Positions 46,996-59,903 of a stretch of DNA of 64,000 bases are shown in pieces. The position numbers were made by a program, and so were the translations under genes. How positions within the stretch are numbered: the first letter of the stretch is position 1; every line of letters begins with the position of its first letter. The notes under the pieces are model-generated. The model saw only the letters and a program-made list of their open reading frames with translations. It did not search any database and was not told where the DNA came from. Origin of the DNA: Octopus sinensis (taxonomy: Eukaryota); the NCBI RefSeq assembly GCF_006345805.1, contig NC_043024.1:15004001-15068000 (forward strand), in the 5' to 3' direction.

Positions 46996-47952
46996 TATAT
47001 AATAAAGATGTTGTATGCATTCTCCACCCCTGTTTGCCCCCCTTTTTTTTTTTAGGGACACCTTTTCAGCCCATTTCTATGTGAGTCTGGTCACCCTACT
47101 CATAACCCTTATTCAGTTCAAACCTTACCAGAACCTAAGAGGTTAGTCTACATTACTCCATAAGGAGCACTGGGCTGGTTTCCTTGTTTTTTGGGTGCGT
47201 ATATTCCTTCATGGATGGGCTGCCAGTCCCTTGCAGGGTTACTCACATTTGCCAGTTGAGGGAACTGGAGCAACGTGAAATGAAGTGTTTTGCTCAAGAA
47301 CACAATGTTCTGCCCACTCTAGGAACATCTATGTGGTCATTTGGACTGCTAGAAATAGCAGCAAAAATCCTCTGAGTTTGAGTAAAGCTGGTTACTAAGT
47401 TTCCATGGTGACTGAGTGACCAAGATCGCAACATTCCTCTCTGAATGGAACACCGATCCCTTGCAGGGTTATTCATTTTTGCCAGCTGAGAGAACTGGAG
47501 CAATATGAAATGAAGTGTTTTGCTAATGAACACAATGTGCTGCCTGGTCCAGGAATTGAAACCACAATCTTATGATCATTAACCCATACCCTCACCACTA
47601 AGCCATGCACCTCGACACACACACGCACACACACACACACACACACCACACACACACACACACACACAAAGTTTTGTGTCTTAGTCTCCATGAATTTGTA
47701 AGGTGCTCAGGGCTGGTTTCCTGGTTTATCAGGTGTATATATTCCTCCCCTGGATAGGCTGCCAGTCTTTCAAAGGATTACTCACTTTTACCAGCTGACT
47801 GGACCGGAGTTGCATGAAATGAGGAGTCTCGCTCAAGAATACAATGCATTATCCAGTACAGGAATTGAACCCACAATCTTGTGATTTTGAGCCCAAAACC
47901 CTGACCACTAAGCCATGCATCTCCACACACACACACACATGCACGCATGCAT

Positions 47953-47984
<32 letters not shown>

Positions 47985-48117
47985 TTGTGTGTCAGTTCAC
48001 ATTACTCCGTAAGGGGCATAAGACCGGTTTCCTGGTTTCTCTGGCGTGTAACCACTAACCCTGGAAATTCCACTACCAGAACCTAAACAGCTCAAATACC
48101 TTATTTTTTCATTGCAG

Positions 48118-48330
48118 CTGAGTTCAAATCCCTTTCCTGGTCACAAGAGAAAGAATGACCCCGTTCATCTCGAGAATTACAACATTTTAAATGTCAGCCA
48201 CGAAAGCTCCGCAGAAGAAGTACGAGAAGCTTATATACGGCTTGCGAAAAAGTTTCATCCAGACAGTGGATCGGAGAATGCCAACCCCCAAAAATTTGCC
48301 CAGATCCAAGATGCTTATTACTCAATTATG
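48118..48330 (+). CDS. DNAJC28: DNAJC28 J-domain exon
   Basis: Acceptor ttttttcattgcag; YNILNV...EEVREAYIRLAKKFHPDSG...KFAQIQDAY (HPD motif); donor GTTTGT at 48331, phase 0. Confidence 0.92.
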
Positions 48331-48424
48331 GTTTGTGTTTTTTAATTCTTTTATTGCTTTCAGTTGTTAGATAGTGACCATGCTGTTAGTTTGGTCTAAT
48401 TGTGTTTCATCTCTCTCTCTTTTT

Positions 48425-48835
48425 ACTCTTTACTCTTTTACTCTTTTGATTCTATCAGTCATTTGACTGTGGCCATGCTGGAGCACCACCTTTAGTTGAG
48501 CAAATCGATCCCAGGACTTATTCTTTGTAGGCCTAGTACTTATTCTATTGGTCTCTTTTGCCAAACCGCTAAGTTACGGGGACGTAAACACACCAGCATC
48601 GGTTGTCAAGCAATGTTGCGGGGGACGATCACAGACACACAAACATACACACACACATACATATATATATATGACGGGCTTCTTTCAGTTTCCCTCTACC
48701 AAATCCACTCACAAGCCTTTGGTCGGCCCGAGGCTATAGTAGAAGACACTTGCCCAAGGTGCCACACAGTAGGACTGAACCTGGAACCATGTGGTTGGTA
48801 AACAAGCTACTTACCACACAGCCACCCCTACGCCT
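48425..48835 (-). mobile_element. SINE (major family)
   Basis: Full copy with expanded (TACTCTTT)n tail. Confidence 0.85.
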
Positions 48836-49356
48836 AATGGCTCAGTTTTTGCCAGTCTTATCTTTTTAGTGAGATGTAGGCAGTGTGTTACATAAGCACC
48901 ATGCATGCATGAGTCGTTGCCAGTGCCGCCTGACTGGCTTCCTGTGCTGGTGGCATGTAAAAAGCACCATCTCAACATGGTCAATGCCAGGCTCCCCACC
49001 CTGACTGGCTCTTGTGCCTGTAGCACATAAAAAGCACCATCCGAACGTGGCCGATGCCAGTGCTGCCTGACTGGCTCCTGTGCCGGTGGCATGTAAGAAG
49101 CGCCCACTACACTCTTGGAGTGGTTAGCATTAGGAAGGGCATCCAGCTGTAGAAACACTGCCAGACCAGATTGGAGCCTGGTGCGGCCTCCTAGCTTGCC
49201 AGTCTCCTGTCAAACTGTCCAACTCATGCCAGCATGGAAAACTGACGTTAAATGATGATGATGATGATGATGATGTTGTTGAAATTCCAATGAAGGAGCT
49301 TTGGATCTAGGTTAGAAACAAGCTCTTTCTCTGTTGGCAAGAAATCTTGCAATAAT

Positions 49357-49401
<45 letters not shown>

Positions 49402-50080
49402 ACTTTTGTATGTCTATAATCATCATTTTTATATCTGCTTTCCATGCTGACATGGGGTAGATTGGATTGGTCATCTCAATTGGACTCAACTTTTGGTTGG
49501 CACTAGTGCTTGTACATGTCATTTTGGCATAGTTTCTGTGGCTATGTGCCTGTCCTATCACCAACTACTTTACAGTGTGTATTGGTTGTATTTTCTCATG
49601 GCACCAGCACTAGAAAGGTTGATAAATCCTCAGCAAAGCAGAACTGAAGATACAACTTTATATTTTCTCTCTTGATTTGCCAGTATATGCTGGCTGTATT
49701 TTTCCTCTCACCAATACTAGAGAGGTTGATAAATTGTTAGTAAGACATGACTAAAGGATCCTCACAACCCTGTACTTCCTGCATCCATTTGCCAGTATAT
49801 TCTTGGTGTATTTTCGATGGCACCAGCATTAAAGAGGTTTCCAAGTCCTTATTATGACATGGCTAAGTGATTTTTCAATCATACTTTATATCTACTCACT
49901 TACCAGTTACTCTAATGTGTGCACAGGGAGGGGGTTTTCCATCTTGGTACCTGCTTAGGAGGGGTGCCTTGTCCACATTAAATGTAAAAAGTAGACAGTA
50001 ATGTTTACTTTTGCTCAGATAATGTGATCGAGAAGTGAAACAGTGAAAGGCTAGAATATGTGGCTGTATTTAGTGTATTT

Positions 50081-50117
<37 letters not shown>

Positions 50118-50446
50118 GGTGAGGAGAGAAAAGATGAGTGATGGACTGTTGCAGGGATGGACAAAGACAAGAATAGATGATGACACAAAAACAAAAGTAG
50201 ATGAAAGATAAGAAAAGTGATCCCGAGGGAGAGAGAGTGATGGGTGGCAGTGCACAAAGCTTGACTTATAGTGAATTGGGTACAAACAATTCAGTGAAGT
50301 CTCTTCTGGCGATGGGAAAAGGTAGTACTGTGATGAGGTTGGTCCGATGAAATCTCTGATATACATATATCGTTAGTGAAGGACAAGGGTGAAGGTAGAG
50401 GAGGGGATCATTTGTTGTTTGTGAGTATCCTGGATGGTGGTGAGAT

Positions 50447-50477
<31 letters not shown>

Positions 50478-51134
50478 AGAGGAGTGACTAGGAAGACTAA
50501 TGAAGGGGGGAAAAATATGTTAGCAAAAAGGTTAAATGAAACAAGAGAATGAACATATAAGCAAACTCACACTAGTGGAAAATATAAACTTTGAATATAA
50601 TCATGTGAAAATCAAAAAAGCAAGGTTTTAGGAAAGAAGTCCTATAAAATATTTGTTCTTCACTGAGTTACAGATAATCCCTTGTCGCTGTTGCCATAAG
50701 AAATGCACTGAACCAGTGATTAGCCCTATTAGACATCTCTACTTATCAAAAGCATTATGGGCTTCAAATGCTCCTTAAACTCTTCCATGTTTGAAGAGCT
50801 ATAATTAGTGAAATTTCAATTAGATTATCCTGCAAAATGAAATTTAATTAGTTTAAATATGTCCAAATACATATAAATATTGCTTGATGCCATTAGACAT
50901 TCTAAAATACTGTTAAAGCATTTACAAATTGAAAATATAGAAGTCCAGACATTACTTATGGGATGACCTGATAATTATAATGTTGTTCACTAATTACAAT
51001 AATTAAATAAGACAGAAACTCTAATTAATAATTTCATTGATTTTTTTTCTTCTTCAGCTATTAATGACAACAAAGAAATAGACAATAATTAACAAATGAT
51101 TTACTAAAATTTGAATTGTAATTATAATTTCTAG

Positions 51135-51245
51135 AGGAACTTACAACAGAATCCGGTTTCCAAACCAGAAATACCTTTAGAAGATGAAGATAGAGAGAAA
51201 ATCGAACGTCTGTCTCCACACCATCGACATTACCTCAGCTTTGAA
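51135..51245 (+). CDS. DNAJC28: DNAJC28 exon following the J domain (gene apparently continues beyond the window)
   Basis: Acceptor aatttctag, phase 0; RNLQQ...EDEDREKIERLSPHHRHYLSFE matches the DNAJC28 motif P.HRHYLSFE(G); donor GTAAGT at 51246. Confidence 0.9.
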
Positions 51246-51436
51246 GTAAGTTTTGTTTTGGGAGTGATTCCTTTTGTTTCTTTTCCACTGCAGAGAATCT
51301 GAATCTTTTTGATTTTTATAACACACTGCATATCCAAAAAAAATTTTTTTAAATGCTTCTGATATTCTTTATATAGAAAGTTAATAACACTGTAACAAAA
51401 TTTTATTATTGTTTTTTTGTCTTTGGTCAGTAACTC

Positions 51437-51658
51437 TCTTTACTCTCTTACTTGTTTCAGTCATTTGACTGTGGCCATGCTGGAGCACCGCCTTTAGTCG
51501 AGCAAATCGACCCCAGGACTTATTCTTTGTAAGCCCAGTACTTATTCTATCGGTCTCTTTTGCCGAACTACTAAGTTACAGGGATGTAACACACCAGCAT
51601 CGGTTGTCAAGCGATGTTGGGGGGACAAACACAGACACACAAACGTATACGCACACAC

Positions 51659-51718
<60 letters not shown>

Positions 51719-52110
51719 TATATACTGCTGTTCGTCATCAGAGATGCACATATCATCAGCCACTAAGGGACATACTCAAGAGGTTAAGGTCAAGCAACTG
51801 ACAAGCAAATCTGTGGTAGTGAGCAGAATATTTGCTATAACGATATTTCTGCTTCAGCAACTCAGCAATGAATCTGTCTGAAATGTAATGGAAAATAGGT
51901 CAGTTTCGAAGCATTGATGTCCAGGTGACAAAAGCAAAATATATATACGATGGGCTTCTTTCAGTTTCCATCTATCAAATTCACTCACAATGCTTTGGTC
52001 GGCCTGGGGCTATAGCAGAAGACACTTGCCCAAGGTGCTACACAGTGGGACTGAACCCGGAACCATGTGGTTCACAAGCAAGCTACTTACCACACAGCCA
52101 CTCCAACGCC
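51437..52110 (-). mobile_element. SINE (major family) split by an inverted copy of its downstream flank
   Basis: SINE halves at 51437-51720 and 51940-52110; insert ~51725-51940. Confidence 0.8.
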
Positions 52111-52920
52111 TAGTGTTATTTCCTATTTGTTTTTGTCTAAAAATCAAAGGAAATAACTTCTATTCCCTTCAAATTTTGCTTTTGTCACCTGGACATCAAT
52201 GTTTTCAAGTTGACCTTTTTTCCATTACATTTCAGACAGATTCAGCACTGAGTTGTTGAAGCAGAAATATCGTTACAGCAAATATTCTGCTCAACACCAC
52301 AGATTTGCTTGTCAGTTGCTTGACCTTAACCACTTGAGCAAGTCCCTTATTGGCAGACAATATATGCATCTCTGATGATGAACAGCAGTATTGGGGGAGC
52401 ATCATAACCATGTGTTTAGAAGGATTCTTTGGGGTTTGAATAAATATAAGAAAAGCAAAGTTTGAGGGCAATATTAGCCATTTTTCATAGTTTCTAGTCT
52501 TAAGCAAATAGGAAATAACAGTTGCTGCCCAAGGACAAAAATCGTGTTACACAGTGTCATTTCTGGTACACTTTATCTGGAAAATTAATATTTTCTGGCA
52601 CATTTTCCATGTAAAGTTAAAAATTATTGGTGCACTTTACATGAAAAGTTAAAAATTACAGGTACACTTCCAGTAGAAAATGAAAAGTTACTGGCATACA
52701 TTGTATGGAAAAATAATAATTATTGGCACACATTCCATGGATAGTTAAAAATTACTCACATGCTTTGCATGGAAAGTTAAAAGTTATCGGTGCACTTTTC
52801 ATGAAATGTTAAAAATTATTGGCAAACTTTCTATGAAAATTAGAGATTTTGATACATTTCATATTGAGAATAAAAAATTATTGGTGCACTTTGTATGGAA
52901 AGTGAATAACTTCTGGCACA

Positions 52921-53585
52921 CATCATCATCATCATCATCGTTTAACGTCCGTTCTCCATGCTAGCATGGGTTGGACGGTTCGACCGGGGATCTGGGAAGC
53001 CAGAAGGCTGCACCAGGCTCCGGTCTTATCTGGCAATGTTTCTACAGCTGGATGCCCTTCCTAACGCCAACCACTCCATGAGTGTAGTGGGTGCTTTTTA
53101 TGTGCCACCTGCACTGGTGCCAGGCGAGGCTGGCATCGGCCACGATCGGATTGGTGCATTTTACGTGCCACCTGCACGGAAGCCAGTCGAGGCGGCACTG
53201 GCCTCGGCCACGATTCGGATGGTGCTTTTTACGTGCCACCGACACAGAAGCCAGTCGAGGCAGCACTGGCATCGGCCACGATTCGGATAGTGCTTTTTAC
53301 GTATCTCCAGTCCAGGGGTCCTGGCATCTGCCGGGTGCCAGTCATAGGATTGGTTCAATTTCGATTCCGATTTCACTTGCCTCAACAGGTCTTCGCAAGC
53401 AAAGGCGGGTAGGCATAGGTGCCTGTCGTCGGATGAGGTTCGATATCGACTTCGCTTGCCTCAACAGGTCTTTGTGTCCAAGGGAGGAAAGGCATGCATA
53501 AGTGGGCTGGACTCACTTGTCCTGCCTGGTCTTTTCACGCCCAGCATATTTCCAAAGGTCTCGGTCGCTGGTCATTTCCTCAGTT
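52921..53585 (-). mobile_element. RTE LINE 3' end (ORF tail + 3' UTR + (GAT)n)
   Basis: Minus strand TEEMTSDRDLWKYAGREKTRQDK* then a UTR with GTGGCACGTAAAAAGCACC repeats; inserted in a degenerate ~30-bp AT-rich tandem array (~52560-53800). Confidence 0.75.
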
Positions 53586-55456
53586 ACATGAAAATTTAAA
53601 AAATTATTGGGGCACTTTGCATAAAAAGTTAAAACATACTAGTACACTTTACATATAAATATAAAAATCACAGGTGCATTTAGCACACTTTTCATGGACA
53701 TTTACAAATCACACAATTATATGGAAAATGAAGAATCATTGGTGCACAAATTGCATGGAAAGTTATTGGTGTACTTTACATAGTAAATTTCAATGCTTTT
53801 TGCATTGGAAATTAAAATTAAATAAACTTTTAAAGTTAAAAATTTTTTAAATAATTCTAGGTGTAACTGTGTGGTAAGGTGGCGAGCTGGCAGAAACGTT
53901 AGTATGCCGGGCGAAATGCTTTGTGGTATTTTGTCTGCCGTTACATTCTGAGTTCAACTTCTGCCGAGGTTGACTTTGCCTTTCATCCTTTCAGGGTCAA
54001 TAAATTAAGTACCAGTTATTCACTGGGGTCAATGTAATTGACTTAATCCCTTTGTCTGTCCTTGCTTGTCACCTCTATGTTTAGCCCCTTGTGGGCAATA
54101 AAGAAATAAGAAGCTTGCTTTCCAACTACATGGTTCTGGGTTCAGTCCCACTGCATGGCACCTTGAGCAAGTGTCTTCTATTATAGCCTTGGGCCAGCCA
54201 AAGCCTTGTGAGTGGATTTATTAGATGAAAACTGAAAGAAGCCTGTTGTATATATATATATCTGTCTGTCTCTCTGTCTATCTGTCTGTCTGTATATACC
54301 TATGTGCGCCTGTCTTTGTGTTTGTGTTTGTTCCCCATCACCACTTGACAACTGGTGTTGGTGTGGTTAAATCTCTGTAACTTAGTGGTTTGGCAAAAGA
54401 GACTGATAAAAATAAGTACCAGGCTTAAAAAATAAGACTAGAGTTGATTTCTTTGACTAAAACACTTCGAGGTGATGCTCCAGCATGACCGAAGCAAGTA
54501 AAAGAATAGGCACAAAGCAGGATATTTCGAGGGGAGGGGCTCCAGTCAATAGTAGAAGACACTTGCCCAAGGTGCCATGCAGTGGGATCCCCAGTACTCA
54601 ATTTGTACTTATTTTATTGACTCTAAAAGGATGAAAGGCATAGTCAACCTTGGTGGAATTAGAACTCAGAACTTAAAAGCAGATTTTATACCACTATTGC
54701 ATACCACTATTTTATACCACTATTTTATACCAGTGTGCTAACAATTTTTTATAAAAAAAGAAAAATTAAAAAAAGAAATTAAAAAAAAAGAATTAAAAAT
54801 TAAAAAAAATATTGTTTACTTTGTTTTATTAATTATACATGTACAGTATAAATACATGCTCTCTCTCTTTCTCTCTCTCTGTCTCCCCCCCTCTCTCTCT
54901 CTCCTATATACTCTTGCAAATTCTAAACCCCATGTTCCCAGTTTTTCTTGCTCCCATCCATTTTTACTCACCTCTTGTACCTTGAGAATCCACTTCTGTT
55001 TTTATCTCTCTTCCTACTTTACCCTAATCAACATCAGCTCCTCTTCTGGAAAGTGAGTAGTTATGTAGCCCCTTTACAGTAGAGAAACCTGTTCTGCTCT
55101 GACCCCTTCCCTCATCTTGCATAAAAGCCACCTCCCTTGGGGTTCATAATCTTGCAGGTTGCACGGTATTCTCGCTTGTGCTGGTGGAATTACGGAGGAC
55201 CCAGTCCTTTGTGTAAGGTGGTTGGTTTTTTGAAAGGCGTTCAGCTGTAGAAACCTTACCAAAATAGACAATGGAGTATGATACAACCCTTGGACATGTT
55301 GGGTCCTGTCAAACCATCCAAGTCCTGCCACCATGGAATCATCATCATCATTTAACATCTGTTTTCCATGCAAACATGGGCTGAATGGTTTGACAGGAGC
55401 TGGTAAGGCCGGGCATCACACAAAGTTCCGTTATCTGTTCTGGCATGGCTTCTACA

Positions 55457-56110
55457 GCTGGATGCCCTTCCTAATGCCAACCACTTTACAGAATAGACTG
55501 GGTGCTTTATATGTGGCACTATGGAGCTGGTAGGGCTGGGAGCTGTACCTAGTTCCATTGTCTGTTGTAGAATGGGTTCTATGACTGGATGCCCTTCCTA
55601 ATGCCAACCACTTTACAGAGTGGACTGGATACTTTTTATTGGCCATGGAGCTGGTACATCCAGAAGCTGTACCTGGTTCTGGTATCTGTTGTGGCATGGG
55701 TTCTATGGCTGGATGCCCTTCCTAATGCCAACCACTTTACAGAGTAGACTGGATACTTTTTATGTGGCACCATGGAGCTGGTACGGCCAGAAGCTGTACC
55801 TGGTTCTGTTGCCTGTTGTGGCTGGATGCCCTTCCTAATGCCAACCACTTTACAGAGTAGACTGGATACTTTTTATGTGGCACCATGGAGCTGGTACGGC
55901 CAGAAGCTGTACCTGGTTCTGTTGCCTGTTGTGGCTGGATGCCCTTCCTAATGCCAACCACTTTACAGAGTAGACTGGATACTTTTTATGTGGCACCATG
56001 GAGCTGGTACGGCCAGAAACTATACCTGGTTCTGTTGTCTGCTGTGACATGGGTTCTATGGCTGGATGTCTTTCTTAATGTCAACCACTTTACAAAGTGT
56101 ACTTGGTGCT
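55457..56110. repeat. ~113-125-bp tandem array derived from the RTE 3' UTR
   Basis: GCTGGATGCCCTTCCTAATGCCAACCACTTTACAGAGT repeated about 6 times; central units are essentially identical with period 113. Confidence 0.9.
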
Positions 56111-56282
56111 TTTTATGTGGCACCAGCACAAGTGCTTTTTATGTGGCACCATCACAAGTGCTTTTCATGTGGTACCAGCATGAGTGCTTTTCATGTGGCA
56201 CAGCACAAGTGCTTTTCATGTGGAACCAATACAAGTGCTTTTAATGTGGCACCAGCACAAATAGTTTTCATGTGGCACCAGC
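56105..56282. repeat. ~25-bp minisatellite GTGCTTTT(T/C)ATGTGGCACCAGCACAA
   Basis: About 7 degenerate head-to-tail units. Confidence 0.85.
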
Positions 56283-56344
56283 TGTAGTGGATGGGTCTTC
56301 TTGAGTAGAGCAAGGTGCCAGACATAAGGCTCAGTGTCTTGAGT

Positions 56345-56525
56345 TTGGTCTTCAATATTTCACCCCATGTGTTCCTGGGTTTCCCTCTTCCACAGATTCA
56401 TCCACTTAAAGTGATCGTCCCTTCTGTATGCAACTGTCTACATCCGTATACATCACATGACCAAACCAATGTAGTCTTCTCTCTTGCATGCTGCATTTAA
56501 TTCTTATACTTAACTTTTCTCTCAA
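56345..56525 (-). mobile_element. RTE LINE ORF fragment
   Basis: LREKLSIRIKCSMQERRLHWFGHVM matches the RTE RRL.WFGHV motif. Confidence 0.7.
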
Positions 56526-57506
56526 TATACTAGCATTGATTTTCCACATCCAGTAGAGCTTTTGTATACATCTATGTGTGTGTATGTCTTTCTGTCTGTG
56601 TTTGTCCCCCACCACCCTTTGACAACCAGTGTTGGTGTGTTTACATCCCCGTGACTTAGTGGTTCAGCAAAAGCGACCGATAGAATAAGTACCAGGCTTA
56701 AAAACAAAACAAACCAAAACAAAAAAAAAAAAACAGGTACTGAGGTTGATTCATTCGACTAAAAATTCTTCAAGGTGGCACCCCAGCATGGCTGGAGTCC
56801 AATGACTAGAACAAGTACAAGATAAAAAAAAAAAATAGATAAAAGATAGTCTTTGGTAGCTTTTAACAAAATTAAAACCCATGTCAATGAACTGTTAATT
56901 CTCAATATTCAATAATTCCATTTTATTGATTTATCCTATGCAACAACATATTTTATTAAAATTACTTCATACACAATAATGGTACCCCCCCACAAAAAAA
57001 AACAAAAAACTGAAAGGATCATGCTTCAAGTTATGCAGGCATGTATACACCACCTCCGTATTTTTATTACATGAAATAACATTTTCTGGTGTAAAACACA
57101 TGTTTTGGAAGCTTATCAAGGGAAATTGAATTACATATCAACAATAAACATTCAAATCTCTGCAGTGGTCTGCTCTATTTTCGTATGGTGCAACGAAAAT
57201 TGTTTCAAAATTTGGTATGTACCCAGCAATTTTAAGAGCAGGGTGTAAGTTGGTTACATCAATTCCAATGTTCAGTTGGTGCTTATTTTATTAACCCTGA
57301 AAGGATGAAAGGCAAAGTTAACCCTAGTGGCCATTTGAACTCAGAGCGTAGAGAACCAAAAGAAATGCTACTGAACATTTTGTCTGACGCGCTAATGACT
57401 CAGCCAGTTCACCTCCTAAGTAAGTAATTAAGTAATAATAATAATAATAATAATGATAATAATAATAATGATAATAATAATGATAATAATAATGATAATA
57501 GTAATA

Positions 57507-57552
<46 letters not shown>

Positions 57553-57570
57553 TAATAATAATGATAATAA

Positions 57571-58280
57571 ACAGTGGACCACCTAATCTCTGGATGTAAA
57601 GTCTTAGCACCAGTGGAGTATAAATTAAGACATGACAGAGTTGGCCAATATCTCCACTGGCTAATAAGTCGGCATTACAATATCAAAACTGCCGACAAGT
57701 GGTATAATCACCACCCTGAGGCTGTAACTGAAGGAGAAAATGTAACCATTCTGTGGGACTTTCCAGTACATACAGACCGAACCATCAAGGCCAATAAACC
57801 AGATATTGTTGTGAAAGACCAAAACATAAAGTTTGCTTATTGATCGACATGAGCATCCCCTGTGATCATAATATCTCAGCGAAAGAGTTTGACAAGCTCA
57901 GAAAATATAAAGACCTACTCATTGAAATTGAGAAAATGTGGCATCTCAAGGCGGTTACAATACCAGTGATCGTAGGAGCACTAGGAATGATCAAGAAGGG
58001 AACCGAAAATTATATGAGAATGATCCCTGGCTTACCATCCCTGCAAGAAGTGCAAAAGATTGTCTTAACTGGTACATCACACGTATTGAGAAGAGCATTG
58101 TCGATGTGAGAACTGTTGCTGCTCATGTATTTTAATTTAACTTAAAAAAAAAAAAAAAAATGAACGAACTACTGAGTTTGGTTTAATGGCCTACCAATAT
58201 ATACTATGAGTTTCTTTGCCCTAGGAGTCGGGAAGACACTCGGCAAGAAATGGAAGAAAATTTGAAAGAAGAAAAAAAAA
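57571..58280 (+). mobile_element. 5'-truncated Dong/R4 retrotransposon inserted in (TAA)n
   Basis: VDHLISGC..LAPVEYKLRHDRVGQYLHW...ILWDFPVHTDRTIKANKPDIVV / IDMSIPCD...KYKDLLIEIEKMWHLK..IPVIVGALG; one frameshift near 57830; (TAA)n on both sides. Confidence 0.92.
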
Positions 58281-58364
58281 GTAATGATAATAATAATAAT
58301 AATAATGATAATAATAATGATAATAATTATGATAATAATAATAATAATAATGATAATGATGATG

Positions 58365-58402
<38 letters not shown>

Positions 58403-58407
<5 letters not shown>

Positions 58408-59038
58408 GAAAAGGTCACAGAAAACGAGAAAGCAACCATACTCTGGGATATTGCAATACACACAGATAGAGAAATTAAGGCCAAAAGTCCAGATATAGTT
58501 GTCAGAGATCAGAAAGAAAAAAAAAATGCTTTCTAATTGATGTATCAATACCAGCAGATGACAACGTTCTCTAAAAGAAATGGAGAAAATTTCAAAATAC
58601 AGAGACCTGGAAATAGAGGTAATTCAAATGTGGAATCTAAAAACAGAAACAAATCCTATTCAGACAAATACATAACAAAAACACCAGGACTAACAATCTA
58701 TATAACATACAGAAAATAGCAATACTAGTTACCGCAGCACACATCCTACGTAAAACACTTTCAATACAGTAACCATAAGAGCATCACAACAAACCATAGC
58801 ACATACCCAAGGCACACAGAGCTGCACTCAGTAGTGAAGTGAAAGCACGCTATAAAAATAAAACTACTGAATAATAATGATAATGATAATATAATAATAA
58901 TATAATAATAATATAATAATGATAATAATAATAATGATAATAATAATGATAATAATAATGATAATAATAATAATAATAATGATAATAATAATGATAATAA
59001 TTATGATAATAATAATAATAATAATGATAATGATGATG

Positions 59039-59072
<34 letters not shown>

Positions 59073-59540
59073 GAAAAGGTCACAGAAAACGAGAAAGCAA
59101 CCATACTCTGGGATATTGCAATACACACAGATAGAGAAATTAAGGCCAAAAGTCCAGATATAGTTGTCAGAGATCAGAAAGAAAAAAAAAATGCTTTCTA
59201 ATTGATGTATCAATACCAGCAGATGACAACGTTTCTCTAAAAGAAATGGAGAAAATTTCAAAATACAGAGACCTGGAAATAGAGGTAATTCAAATGTGGA
59301 ATCTAAAAACAGAAACAAATCCTATTCAGACAAATACATAACAAAAACACCAGGACTAACAAATCTATATAACATACAGAAAATAGCAATACTAGTTACC
59401 GCAGCACACATCCTACGTAAAACACTTTCAATACAGTAACCATAAGAGCATCACAACAAACCATAGCACATACCCAAGGCACACAGAGCTGCACTCAGTA
59501 GTGAAGTGAAAGCACGCTATAAAAATAAAACTACTGAATA

Positions 59541-59588
<48 letters not shown>

Positions 59589-59903
59589 TGGAATCTAAAA
59601 ACAGAAACAATTCCTATCATAGTAGATGCATTAGGTATGATAATAAAAATATTCAGACAAATACATAACAAAAACACCAGGACTTACAAATATATATAAC
59701 ATACAGAAAATTGCACTACTTGGCACTGCACACATCCTATGTAAAACACTTTCAGTACAGTAACCACAAGGACATCACTGCAAACCACAGCATATACCCA
59801 AGGCACACAGAGCTGCGCTCGGTAGTGAAATGAAAGCATGCTATAAAAATAAAACTACTGAATAATAATAATAATAATAATTATAATGATAATGATAATA
59901 ATA
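58403..59903 (+). mobile_element. Three further 5'-truncated Dong/R4 copies (second subfamily) separated by (TAA)n
   Basis: ENEKATILWD, PDIVV, KYRDLEIE and IPIIVDALG remnants; units ~58403-58870, ~59069-59537 and ~59586-59862. Confidence 0.85.

Noticed and set aside
56105-56282. Short regularly spaced repeats resembling a CRISPR array
   Set aside because: Head-to-tail degenerate units without unique spacers, derived from a LINE UTR, in a eukaryotic context with no cas genes.
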